A DNA stretch of 61,627 nucleotides, the filler included. It is 4 parts of 4 records of this genome, joined end to end, with 100 filler letters (N's around TTAATTAATTAA, not from the genome) between each part and the next. Parts side by side here need not be neighbours in the genome. Positions count along the whole stretch, not along the records: positions 1 to 31,663 come from SRR31156797_1673; 3 more parts are not named here. The stretch is one strand, 5' to 3'. Below, piece after piece: positions 1-8,211 of this stretch; position 1 is the first letter of the stretch; each line of letters opens with the position of its first letter. The notes beneath the pieces were generated by a model that saw only the letters and a program-made list of their open reading frames with translations, did not search any database and had not been told where the DNA came from. The position numbers and the translations under genes were made by a program.

Positions 1-30
1 TATAAACGTTTATAAACGTTTAAAAAAACG
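1..30. repeat. Tandem 10-mer TATAAACGTT x2 plus a degenerate third unit; contains the perfect 18-bp palindrome AAACGTTTATAAACGTTT (4-21)
   Basis: Read directly; ends 6 nt before the ATG at 37 and may be truncated by the window edge. Confidence 0.75.
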
Positions 31-36
31 ACTAGC

Positions 37-408
37 ATGGAACAGAAAACACAAAAGTGCCTCTATTGCAATGGGTTAGTAAAGGGGCGTAGCGATAAGC
101 AATTTTGTAGCCCCGAATGTAAAAGTGCACACCATAATCAGCACACAAATCCGCAAGAAGATTACATTAAAACCATCAACCGACAATTACGCAAAAACCG
201 GTCGGCACTTAAAAAAGCTTGCCCATGGGGAAAAGCCACCGTCAGAAAAGAGTTTTTAAAAACAATGGGGATGGATTTCAAACACATTACGCATACATGG
301 CGCACTGAAAACAATAACCTCTATTTTTTCTGCTACGACTATGGCTATATGCAGGTGCAAGATCCCCAAAAAGTACTCATCATTCAAAAACAAGAATACA
401 TGGAGTAA
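37..408 (+). CDS. Zn-ribbon domain protein (DUF2116-like, Bacteroidota)
   Basis: CxxC...GRSDKQFCSxxC N-terminal motif; C-terminal YFFCYDYGY. Confidence 0.7.
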   Translation: MEQKTQKCLYCNGLVKGRSDKQFCSPECKSAHHNQHTNPQEDYIKTINRQLRKNRSALKKACPWGKATVRKEFLKTMGMDFKHITHTWRTENNNLYFFCYDYGYMQVQDPQKVLIIQKQEYME

Positions 409-554
409 TAAAACCATCTTGTTTAATCTTTCCTAAACTTTTTTAAACAAAAAGTGTTTGTTTGTTAATATACATTACTAATAACGATTTTTTAGAAATA
501 AAAAAACTAGTGACTTAACCCACTAAAAACCAACAAATAAGAAAGGTAAAAACA

Positions 555-1265
555 ATGCAAACTATACTTCATAAAGCCAATACCAGAGGCCATGCAGACC
601 ATGGATGGTTAAACACACACTATACATTTAGCTTTGCCAATTATCACAATCCTGAAAGAATGCATTTCGGTATGATGCGCGTATTAAACGATGATATTGT
701 GGCTCCCGGAATGGGCTTCGGAAAACACCCGCATGACAATATGGAGATTATCAGTATTCCATTAAGTGGCGATTTGAAACATGGCGATAATATGGGTAAC
801 AGCGAGATTATTCGTGAAGGCGATATTCAGGTAATGAGTGCCGGAACAGGTGTCATTCACAGTGAGTTTAACTCCAATCAGGATAAAGAAGTGGCTTTTT
901 TGCAAATTTGGATTTTCCCACGAGAAAAAAATGTAGAGCCCCGTTATGACCAACTGAGTATTCGTAATGTAGCCGTAAAAAACGAATTTTACCAAATCCT
1001 ATCGCCAAATAAAGATGACCAGGGTGTATGGATTCACCAGGATGCATGGATGCATATGGGTGATTTTGAAAACAATAAAAGTGCTGAGTACAAAGTAAAA
1101 AAAGAAGGAAACGGTGTATATGTATTTGTTTTGGAAGGCGATGTGAAAATTGGAGATCAAACTTTAACAAGTCGCGATGGTTACGGTATTTGGGATGCTG
1201 ACTCATTTGAGTTGATATCTTTAAGTGATGCCAAAATTTTACTGATTGAAGTGCCCATGCAATAA
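555..1265 (+). CDS. Pirin family protein (YhhW-like)
   Basis: RGHADHGWL, FSFANY, GFGKHPHDNMEI, QVMSAGTGVIHSE pirin motifs. Confidence 0.95.
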   Translation: MQTILHKANTRGHADHGWLNTHYTFSFANYHNPERMHFGMMRVLNDDIVAPGMGFGKHPHDNMEIISIPLSGDLKHGDNMGNSEIIREGDIQVMSAGTGVIHSEFNSNQDKEVAFLQIWIFPREKNVEPRYDQLSIRNVAVKNEFYQILSPNKDDQGVWIHQDAWMHMGDFENNKSAEYKVKKEGNGVYVFVLEGDVKIGDQTLTSRDGYGIWDADSFELISLSDAKILLIEVPMQ

Positions 1266-1318
1266 AATATAAACACTTAATTATTAAATAATAAATCAAA
1301 AATTATAAATAGACACCT

Positions 1319-1948
1319 ATGGAACTATTAAAAGGACTAAAATGGCGTTACGCCACAAAGAAATTTGACGCAACAAAAAAAATTAGCAACGAAGATTTAG
1401 AAACCCTGAAAGAGGCTGTTCAGTTATCAGCCTCATCATACGGGTTGCAATTTTACAAAGTATTAATTATAGAAGACCCTGAAATAAGAGCTCAGCTAAA
1501 AGAAGCTGCCTATGGTCAAACCCAATTAACCGATGCATCACAGGTTTTTGTCTTCTGTAATTACACCAACCCGGTTGACGCTGATGTTGACAAGTTTGTG
1601 CAATTGACTGCCGAAACCCGCCAGCAAAACGTGGATGCATTAAAGGCGCATGCAGATGGCATGAAAGGTAGTATAAATGGTCAGACCGAAGAAGCAAAAA
1701 AAATATGGACCGCCAAGCAAACCTATATTGCTTTGGGAACCTTACTTGCAGCCGCAGGAGAAATGCGAATTGATGCCTGTCCAATGGAAGGGTTTAATCC
1801 TCAAGAATTTAACCGCATACTTGGATTAGACAAAAAAGGTTTAAATGCAGCTGTTGTAGCTACCGTTGGCTACCGTGCTGAAGATGACAAATACCAACAT
1901 GCTGCTAAAGTTCGCAAACCAATAGATGAGCTTTACGAGACAATATAA
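1319..1948 (+). CDS. NAD(P)H-dependent nitroreductase (NfsB-like)
   Basis: WRYATKKFD, SASSYGLQ, DACPMEGF motifs. Confidence 0.93.
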   Translation: MELLKGLKWRYATKKFDATKKISNEDLETLKEAVQLSASSYGLQFYKVLIIEDPEIRAQLKEAAYGQTQLTDASQVFVFCNYTNPVDADVDKFVQLTAETRQQNVDALKAHADGMKGSINGQTEEAKKIWTAKQTYIALGTLLAAAGEMRIDACPMEGFNPQEFNRILGLDKKGLNAAVVATVGYRAEDDKYQHAAKVRKPIDELYETI

Positions 1949-1967
1949 AACTCAACACCTTTTATTG

Positions 1968-2008
1968 ACTATCTCAGTTTTAGAGTAATCCAGAGCTGAG
2001 ATAGTTTC
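1968..2008. terminator. Stem-loop between convergent nitroreductase and parE
   Basis: ACTATCTCAG (1968-1977) pairs with CTGAGATAGT (1996-2005). Confidence 0.6.
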
Positions 2009-2052
2009 TATTGAAAAATCACCGGAGCTTGCACCAAAATAATAAATTGGAT

Positions 2053-2352
2053 CTATTCTTTCATTCTTTGAGGTATATCCATCATTTCATGCAAAACTCT
2101 AATAATTTCTACCTCTGATTTATTTAAGCTTCTATAAAAAACAATATGCTTCCCAACTCCAAAACCAAGCAATGAATCCAAAATACCATCATAGCGTTTA
2201 CCTATATCTGGATTTTTAGAAATCTCATTGAAACTATCAATTAATAAACTGTAATACTTATCAGCCTGTTTTTCTGACCATACTTGCACAGTATAAAACC
2301 AAATATCAGAAAGATCATCAATAGCTTTCCTCGTAAGATAATATTTAGCCAT
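2053..2352 (-). CDS. parE: Type II TA toxin, ParE/RelE family
   Basis: A..DL.DIW.YT...W...QA.KY, HIVFYR, IIRVLH..MD; overlaps the antitoxin gene by 8 bp. Confidence 0.92.
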   Translation of the reverse strand: MAKYYLTRKAIDDLSDIWFYTVQVWSEKQADKYYSLLIDSFNEISKNPDIGKRYDGILDSLLGFGVGKHIVFYRSLNKSEVEIIRVLHEMMDIPQRMKE

Positions 2353-2596
2353 TGGTTTTGCGATTTGCCTTTAATGCCTCAAGATGCTTTTGAGGATCAA
2401 AGTCATGAACTTTGCCGCTTTCAATACCCTCTTTAATGGCATTTTTTAAAGCGACTACCTTTGCTTCTTCTTCTTCAAGAAGCCTTAAACCAGCTCTAAT
2501 AACCTCACTAGCGTTTTTATACCGACCTTTTAAAATACTATCACGAATAAAAGAATCAAAGTATTCTCCTAATGATACTGAAGTGTTTTTATTCAT
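2345..2596 (-). CDS. parD: Type II TA antitoxin, ParD family
   Basis: NTSVSLG...GRYKNASEVIRAGLRLLE..E signature. Confidence 0.93.
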   Translation of the reverse strand: MNKNTSVSLGEYFDSFIRDSILKGRYKNASEVIRAGLRLLEEEEAKVVALKNAIKEGIESGKVHDFDPQKHLEALKANRKTNG

Positions 2597-2611
2597 ATTT
2601 TGCGCTTTTTA

Positions 2612-2637
2612 CAAATATACCAATTTTTGGTATATTT
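2612..2637 (-). promoter_or_regulatory. Bacteroidota -7 promoter box (TATATTTG, minus strand) overlapped by a perfect 11-bp inverted repeat; likely ParD operator
   Basis: AAATATACCAA-ttt-TTGGTATATTT at 2613-2637, immediately upstream of parD. Confidence 0.7.
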
Positions 2638-2660
2638 CAAAATAGAACGCATAAGAATAA

Positions 2661-3818
2661 CTACTTATGATAAATTCCCCAACTTATACCGGCTCCCAGA
2701 TACCCCATATTCCCATTAAAATTATGCACATCATCTGAAAAAACGAAGTTATAACCTCCATCTACAACAAAGCTCAAACGAGAAGGGGCTCGGGTACCAT
2801 AAAATGTGGGTACTTCAAATTCGGCCAAAATAAACTTTAGTCTCAAACCGGGACCGGCACTGAAATCCGCAAAAATTGATATTGATTCCACTCTATCGTC
2901 GACATCATAATTTGGACTTTCTAATGTACTGAAACCAGCATTTATATATGGTGTAATGCTTATTCTATCTGCATCCAATGCAGCATATCCAAATCTTCCC
3001 GCAGTATTGGTATAGTAAAAATCATCTCCTCTATAAAAATCTTGAGAATTTCCACCAGTAGTTTGAATAGATTCATCTTCTGTCAAGGATAAATTACCTG
3101 CTGCTGCATAGAATCCAAAGTAATACCGATCAACCGTAATGCTAAAATCAATCAAAAAGGCTGCTCCTGGTTCAAGCGTATTGGCAATTGTACCCGAAGG
3201 CAAAAGACTGGTACCACCGAGAATATATGAGTAAGAGACCTTCTTCATGGCTTTGGGCAAATATAATTCGATAAAGTACTTATATTCAGTAATATTATAC
3301 TTTTGAGTAAATGTCTTTAAATCTCTTTTATAACGATCACCCGGGCTGCCTTCAGAAACAAGAGTTACAAAAAGATTTAACATATCTTTATCTTCGGCTT
3401 TCAGGTTAGCTCTCTCGATGCTACTTTCAACAAATGGCAGGCGGTCTTTCAACAAATAATAAAAATCTTCACTCAGATTTTCCACATTTGGATAAATCAT
3501 TTTGCGCAGATAAAGCCTGCTCTTTTGGGCTCTGTCTATCCATAAATCCAACTGACCTGTAAGTAATAAAATATATAACTCTTCCGTCAAAGAGAAAGCA
3601 CTGTATCTTGGATTGTTAATTTTCTCATCTAAAAAAGTATAAACCTCTTTAGCCTTTACTAAATCGCCTTTTTCAAGGGCTTTCAAAAGTAGCAGTTTAC
3701 CTTTAGCTGCCATCTGTTCGGTAGTATCAACAAATCCTGCTATCTCTTTATCTATTTGTGCTTGCAACTGGCCTGCTGCCATCAATGCAACGAATAGTAA
3801 CAATAATAACTTTCTCAT
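2661..3818 (-). CDS. Secreted protein with a helical N-terminal domain and a probable C-terminal outer-membrane beta-barrel
   Basis: Signal peptide MRKLLLLLFVALMAAGQLQA gives a likely start at 3818 rather than 3896; alternating aromatic/Gly strands ending GYLGAGISWG. Confidence 0.6.
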   Translation of the reverse strand: MRKLLLLLFVALMAAGQLQAQIDKEIAGFVDTTEQMAAKGKLLLLKALEKGDLVKAKEVYTFLDEKINNPRYSAFSLTEELYILLLTGQLDLWIDRAQKSRLYLRKMIYPNVENLSEDFYYLLKDRLPFVESSIERANLKAEDKDMLNLFVTLVSEGSPGDRYKRDLKTFTQKYNITEYKYFIELYLPKAMKKVSYSYILGGTSLLPSGTIANTLEPGAAFLIDFSITVDRYYFGFYAAAGNLSLTEDESIQTTGGNSQDFYRGDDFYYTNTAGRFGYAALDADRISITPYINAGFSTLESPNYDVDDRVESISIFADFSAGPGLRLKFILAEFEVPTFYGTRAPSRLSFVVDGGYNFVFSDDVHNFNGNMGYLGAGISWGIYHK

Positions 3819-3925
3819 AATTACAAATTCATTTAGCTGTAAAAATAATACTTTTGAATTTAATGTATAAGCCAGATCAAAACAAAACACACGCATAATA
3901 CGTAATAAGTGGTAAACATATCACT

Positions 3926-4315
3926 ATGGATTACTACATATCAGCCACATTAAATGAAAGCTTCGATTCAGCAAGGGCTAAAGTGGAAGAAGCCCTCAAA
4001 GATGAAGGATTCGGAGTGATTACTGAAGTTGACATGCAAGCAAAATTAAAAGATAAGCTTGGCGTTGATTTTCGAAAATACCTTGTTTTAGGAGCCTGCA
4101 ATCCGCCAATGGCTTACGAATCGTTGCAAAGCGAGAATAAAGTCGGATTGTTACTTCCTTGCAATTTGATTTTGCAAGAACTTGGTCCCAACAAAATTGA
4201 GGTAGCAACCATCGATCCTTTTGTTTCAATGCAAATAGTGGATAATGATGAGCTTTCCAAAATTGCATTGCAGGTAAAAGAAAAACTGGAAAATGTCATG
4301 AATTCATTAAGTTAA
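3926..4315 (+). CDS. DUF302 domain protein
   Basis: GFGVITEVD, LGACNP, GLLLPCN motifs. Confidence 0.92.
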   Translation: MDYYISATLNESFDSARAKVEEALKDEGFGVITEVDMQAKLKDKLGVDFRKYLVLGACNPPMAYESLQSENKVGLLLPCNLILQELGPNKIEVATIDPFVSMQIVDNDELSKIALQVKEKLENVMNSLS

Positions 4316-4347
4316 AACCATTAGCTTTGTAGCGTAAAGCTCAAATA

Positions 4348-5070
4348 ATGGTAAACCTAAGATTCGAACACCAATTTATCGTTGATAGTACCAATAATGT
4401 TCTAAAAAACGATAAAGGCAAAAAAGAAGGTGACGTTATTATTGCCAACGAACAAACCGATGGCAAAGGAATGGGCGCCAATACATGGGAAAGCGCTTAT
4501 GGTGAGAACATTACCGGAAGCATTGTATTCGAACCCACTTTTCTCAAACCAGTTGAAGCTTTTCTAATATCCATGGCCGTTTCATGCGGTATCATTAAGT
4601 TTTTATCCAAATTCAAAATACAAGCCGAGATTAAATGGCCCAACGATATTTATATCGGCAATAAAAAAATTGCGGGTATTCTGATTGAAAATGAATTCAC
4701 CAGCAGAAAAATAACCCGCACAATTGCAGGAATTGGTTTTAATGTCAACCAAACTAAATTTAGCAACGCTCCAAATCCAATCTCCCTTATACAATTAACC
4801 GGGAAAAAGCAATCCATACACTCCATCTCTGAAGAGCTCTTTCAAATGGTTTATAACCATTACGAATTACTCCGTGCCAACAAAAAACTAATCATGGAAC
4901 GCTATCATAGTCAACTATTTGGTATGAACCAGTGGCTTCTTTTTGAAAATAATAAGAGAAAGTTTTCTGGTAAAATTAAATCTGTTGCCGAAGATGGTCA
5001 GATACTAATTGTGGATGAGTCCAGAGTTGAACATCGTTACTATTTTAAGGAAGTTGAATTCATAATCTAA
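4348..5070 (+). CDS. birA: Biotin--[acetyl-CoA carboxylase] ligase without an N-terminal HTH
   Basis: DSTN, Q..GKG, IKWPNDI, KKIAGILIE, GIGFNVN; promoter box TAGCTTTG at 4322-4329. Confidence 0.93.
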   Translation: MVNLRFEHQFIVDSTNNVLKNDKGKKEGDVIIANEQTDGKGMGANTWESAYGENITGSIVFEPTFLKPVEAFLISMAVSCGIIKFLSKFKIQAEIKWPNDIYIGNKKIAGILIENEFTSRKITRTIAGIGFNVNQTKFSNAPNPISLIQLTGKKQSIHSISEELFQMVYNHYELLRANKKLIMERYHSQLFGMNQWLLFENNKRKFSGKIKSVAEDGQILIVDESRVEHRYYFKEVEFII

Positions 5071-5237
5071 GAATTTTTTAATTGATTAATCTTAGATTGA
5101 TTTTTACATTTAAGTTTATGAATAGGTGGTTATTTACCACTAACTTGTAGGAAGCGTCTGAAAATCAGCTGATTATATAAGCATTAAGTCTCACATCAGC
5201 ACGATCTGTTTTCTATTTTGTAACTTTATAAACTATA

Positions 5238-5413
5238 AGACGCAGATTTAAATGATTATAAATAAAACAAAGTTTTGTTAACAAATCTCAGATTATTGCA
5301 CTTGGAAATACAACATGAATTGTTCAAAACTCGCCAGTTTTAATTACCTGATCCTACAAAAAACTATCAAGTTCAATATCTTTTGAGTAAATAAATCAGT
5401 AAAATCAGCGTCT
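5238..5413. repeat. Imperfect 20-bp inverted repeats (17/20) bracketing a non-coding segment; MITE/REP-like remnant
   Basis: AGACGCAGATTTAAATGATT (5238-5257) versus AATCAGTAAAATCAGCGTCT (5394-5413). Confidence 0.5.
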
Positions 5414-5445
5414 AATTTAATATTTTAGTCTCTCTGCATCAATCG

Positions 5446-5700
5446 TTAATCCCCAGGCTCCTCCGGTAATCGATCCAGGTTGCGCTTAAAACGCTCCTCG
5501 TTAAACGATTCCTGTCTTTGCATCACACCATACATTTCATAAGCTACGCATTGGCCAATTAGCCTTTTCGCATCATTATTGGTCCACCCTTGTTTCACTA
5601 ATCTGTCTAAAGTCGCTTTCGTTTCAGGTGGATCATTACTTTGAATTTGATTGTCAACAATGGCCATCATTTGGGCTCTGAGTATGTCTTTTGGTTCCAT
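5446..5700 (-). CDS. Small helical hypothetical protein
   Basis: 84-aa ORF with its own Bacteroidota promoter box TACCTTTG (minus strand, 5717-5724). Confidence 0.7.
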   Translation of the reverse strand: MEPKDILRAQMMAIVDNQIQSNDPPETKATLDRLVKQGWTNNDAKRLIGQCVAYEMYGVMQRQESFNEERFKRNLDRLPEEPGD

Positions 5701-5839
5701 TTAACGGTATTTTCATCAAAGGTAAAAATACCAAATGAAATCTGATTATGTATTCGAAACTAAAAAATTGAATTTCCATGCTTTATTACTACTTTTGTGG
5801 CTTATGTTCTGCTTAAATGCTCATTAAAACTTTACAGCA

Positions 5840-6925
5840 ATGCAATTATCAGATGTAAAATTTGATTGTAAATTTTTCAGAGGAACCATTCCATGTAAAC
5901 CAAACAAAGAACATGCGGTGCAATGCAACAATTGCCCTTATTATGATACATGGAACAAAAAAATATTAATCATCAAGTTAGGCGCCATGGGAGACGTGAT
6001 TAGAACTACCCCCCTGGTTGTTAAATACAAGGAGCTATACGGCGATGTGCATTTTACATGGCTTACAGATTTTCCAGATGTACTACCTCCCAATCAAATA
6101 CAGGAAATTTACAAACCTACTGCATTTAACCTCAGTAAAATAAAAGAAAAGGAATACGATATTGCCATCAACCTTGACAAGGAAGATGAAGCGTCCATTC
6201 TTCTTTCGCAAGTAAATGCCAAAGAAAAATATGGGTTTATCTGGAAAAATGATCATTTAAATGCAGCCACACCGGCGGCAGAACATAAAATTATTACCGG
6301 TCTTTTTGATCATATCTCCATTAAAAATACAAAGTCATACCTCCAGGAGATTTTCGAGATTTGTCACATGGAATTCAACATGGAACCTTACCTGCTCAAT
6401 TATAACAAACCTATAGCTGAAAAATGGAAGGGTATTTTTGCTGAAAAAAGTGGTGGTAAAAAAGTTGTTGGATTAAATACCGGTTGTGGAAACAGATGGC
6501 TCACGCGCTTATGGCCTGAATCAAACTGGATCGAGTTTATTAAAAGTCTGAATGACAACATATTCCCTGTTCTATTGGGCGGCCCGCAAGAGGATGAAAA
6601 AAACACCATGCTGGCGAAAGAAACCGGAGCCTGGTATCCCGGAACTTTCTCGTTAGAAGAGTTTATATCACTTACATCAAATCTTGATGCCGTTGTTACC
6701 CAGGTAAGCATGATGATGCACATTGCCGTTGGACACCAAACACCAATGGTATTAATGAATAATATTTTCAACAAACATGAATTTGAAATGTATGACAGAG
6801 GAGTAATTGTTGAACCGGAAAGTGGTTGCGACTGTTTTTATGGAAACTCATGTTCAAGAAAACGTTCATGTATGTATGACATTAAACCTGAAACGGTGAA
6901 AAAAGCGGTTGAAAAACTATTATAA
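5840..6925 (+). CDS. Glycosyltransferase family 9 (heptosyltransferase-like)
   Basis: ILIIKLGAMGDV, R.WP, LLGGPQE, MHIA motifs; promoter box TACTTTTG at 5790-5797. Confidence 0.88.
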   Translation: MQLSDVKFDCKFFRGTIPCKPNKEHAVQCNNCPYYDTWNKKILIIKLGAMGDVIRTTPLVVKYKELYGDVHFTWLTDFPDVLPPNQIQEIYKPTAFNLSKIKEKEYDIAINLDKEDEASILLSQVNAKEKYGFIWKNDHLNAATPAAEHKIITGLFDHISIKNTKSYLQEIFEICHMEFNMEPYLLNYNKPIAEKWKGIFAEKSGGKKVVGLNTGCGNRWLTRLWPESNWIEFIKSLNDNIFPVLLGGPQEDEKNTMLAKETGAWYPGTFSLEEFISLTSNLDAVVTQVSMMMHIAVGHQTPMVLMNNIFNKHEFEMYDRGVIVEPESGCDCFYGNSCSRKRSCMYDIKPETVKKAVEKLL

Positions 6926-7090
6926 TGCATTTAAAACATATACAAATGAATACAGAATTAAAGTCAGAATAATTGATTTATAAAACTTCTGACTACTGGA
7001 TTCTGAATTCCTTTGAAAATAAAGCTGTATTTGGAATTAATATATTGGTTCTTAAATTTTGAGTTTGAAAGAAATTAATGAGAGAATAAA

Positions 7091-8206
7091 ATGAAGATAA
7101 GCTACCTGTCTACCTTTTATCCATTTCGTGGCGGCATTGCACAATTCAATGCAGCGCTTTATCGCGAATTTGAAAAGCAATACGAAATAGATGCTGTTAC
7201 ATTCAAAAGACAATATCCAGATTTATTATTTCCGGGCAATACGCAGTACGTAACCGAAGATGATAAACCGGATATCATTGACAGCAAAGAAGTTTTAGAC
7301 AGTGTAAATCCCTTCAATTGGATATCAACCGCCAAAAAACTCAAAAAAACAGCTCCTGATTTATTACTCATGAAATTCTGGCTACCCTATTTTGGTCCGT
7401 CCCTGGGTTATGTATCAAAACACATTGGTAAACAAACAAAGTCAATTGCCATTTTAGATAATGTTATTCCACACGAGCGACGTTTCATGGATATGACATT
7501 CATTAAATATTATCTAAAACGGGTTGATGGATTTGTAGTTATGAGTGATCAGGTAAAGAATGACCTATTGAAACTTAAACCAAACGCCAAATTTGTATAT
7601 AAACAACATCCATTGTACAACCATTTTGGCAACAAATTAGAAAAATCTGAAGCCCGTCAGAAGCTTGGTGTTGCCACCGATAAAAAAACCTTGCTTTTCT
7701 TTGGCTTTATTCGCGGTTATAAAGGACTTGACCTGCTCATTGATGCTTTTAATGAACTGGATGATAGTTATCAGCTCATTATTGCAGGCGAAAGCTACAA
7801 AAGCTTCGATAGTTACGATAAGCAAATCAATGCTAATAAAAACAAAGATCGCATCCTAAAGCATGTGAAATACATCTCTGACGAAGAAGTTCCTTCATAC
7901 TTTTCAGCAGCTGATGTTTGTGTATTACCCTACAAGTCTGCAACCCAAAGTGGAATTACTTCTATTGCCTATCACTTTGATTTACCTATGCTTGCCACAC
8001 GTGTTGGAGGTCTCGAAGAGATGGTTATCGACAATGAAACCGGCATTATCATTCCAAGCCCTACAGTAAATGACATCAAACAAGGTATCATAAATTACTT
8101 CAATTCAGATAGAGATAAATACACGCAAAATATACGTGAGAAAAAGAAAGAATTGAGTTGGAGTTCATTTGCAGAAACAGTTGTAGAACTATATAAGAAA
8201 CTATAA
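7091..8206 (+). CDS. Glycosyltransferase family 4
   Basis: PFRGGIA, FFGFIRGYKGLD, ADVCVLPYKSATQSG, VGGL.E. Confidence 0.93.
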   Translation: MKISYLSTFYPFRGGIAQFNAALYREFEKQYEIDAVTFKRQYPDLLFPGNTQYVTEDDKPDIIDSKEVLDSVNPFNWISTAKKLKKTAPDLLLMKFWLPYFGPSLGYVSKHIGKQTKSIAILDNVIPHERRFMDMTFIKYYLKRVDGFVVMSDQVKNDLLKLKPNAKFVYKQHPLYNHFGNKLEKSEARQKLGVATDKKTLLFFGFIRGYKGLDLLIDAFNELDDSYQLIIAGESYKSFDSYDKQINANKNKDRILKHVKYISDEEVPSYFSAADVCVLPYKSATQSGITSIAYHFDLPMLATRVGGLEEMVIDNETGIIIPSPTVNDIKQGIINYFNSDRDKYTQNIREKKKELSWSSFAETVVELYKKL

Positions 8207-8211
8207 AACAA

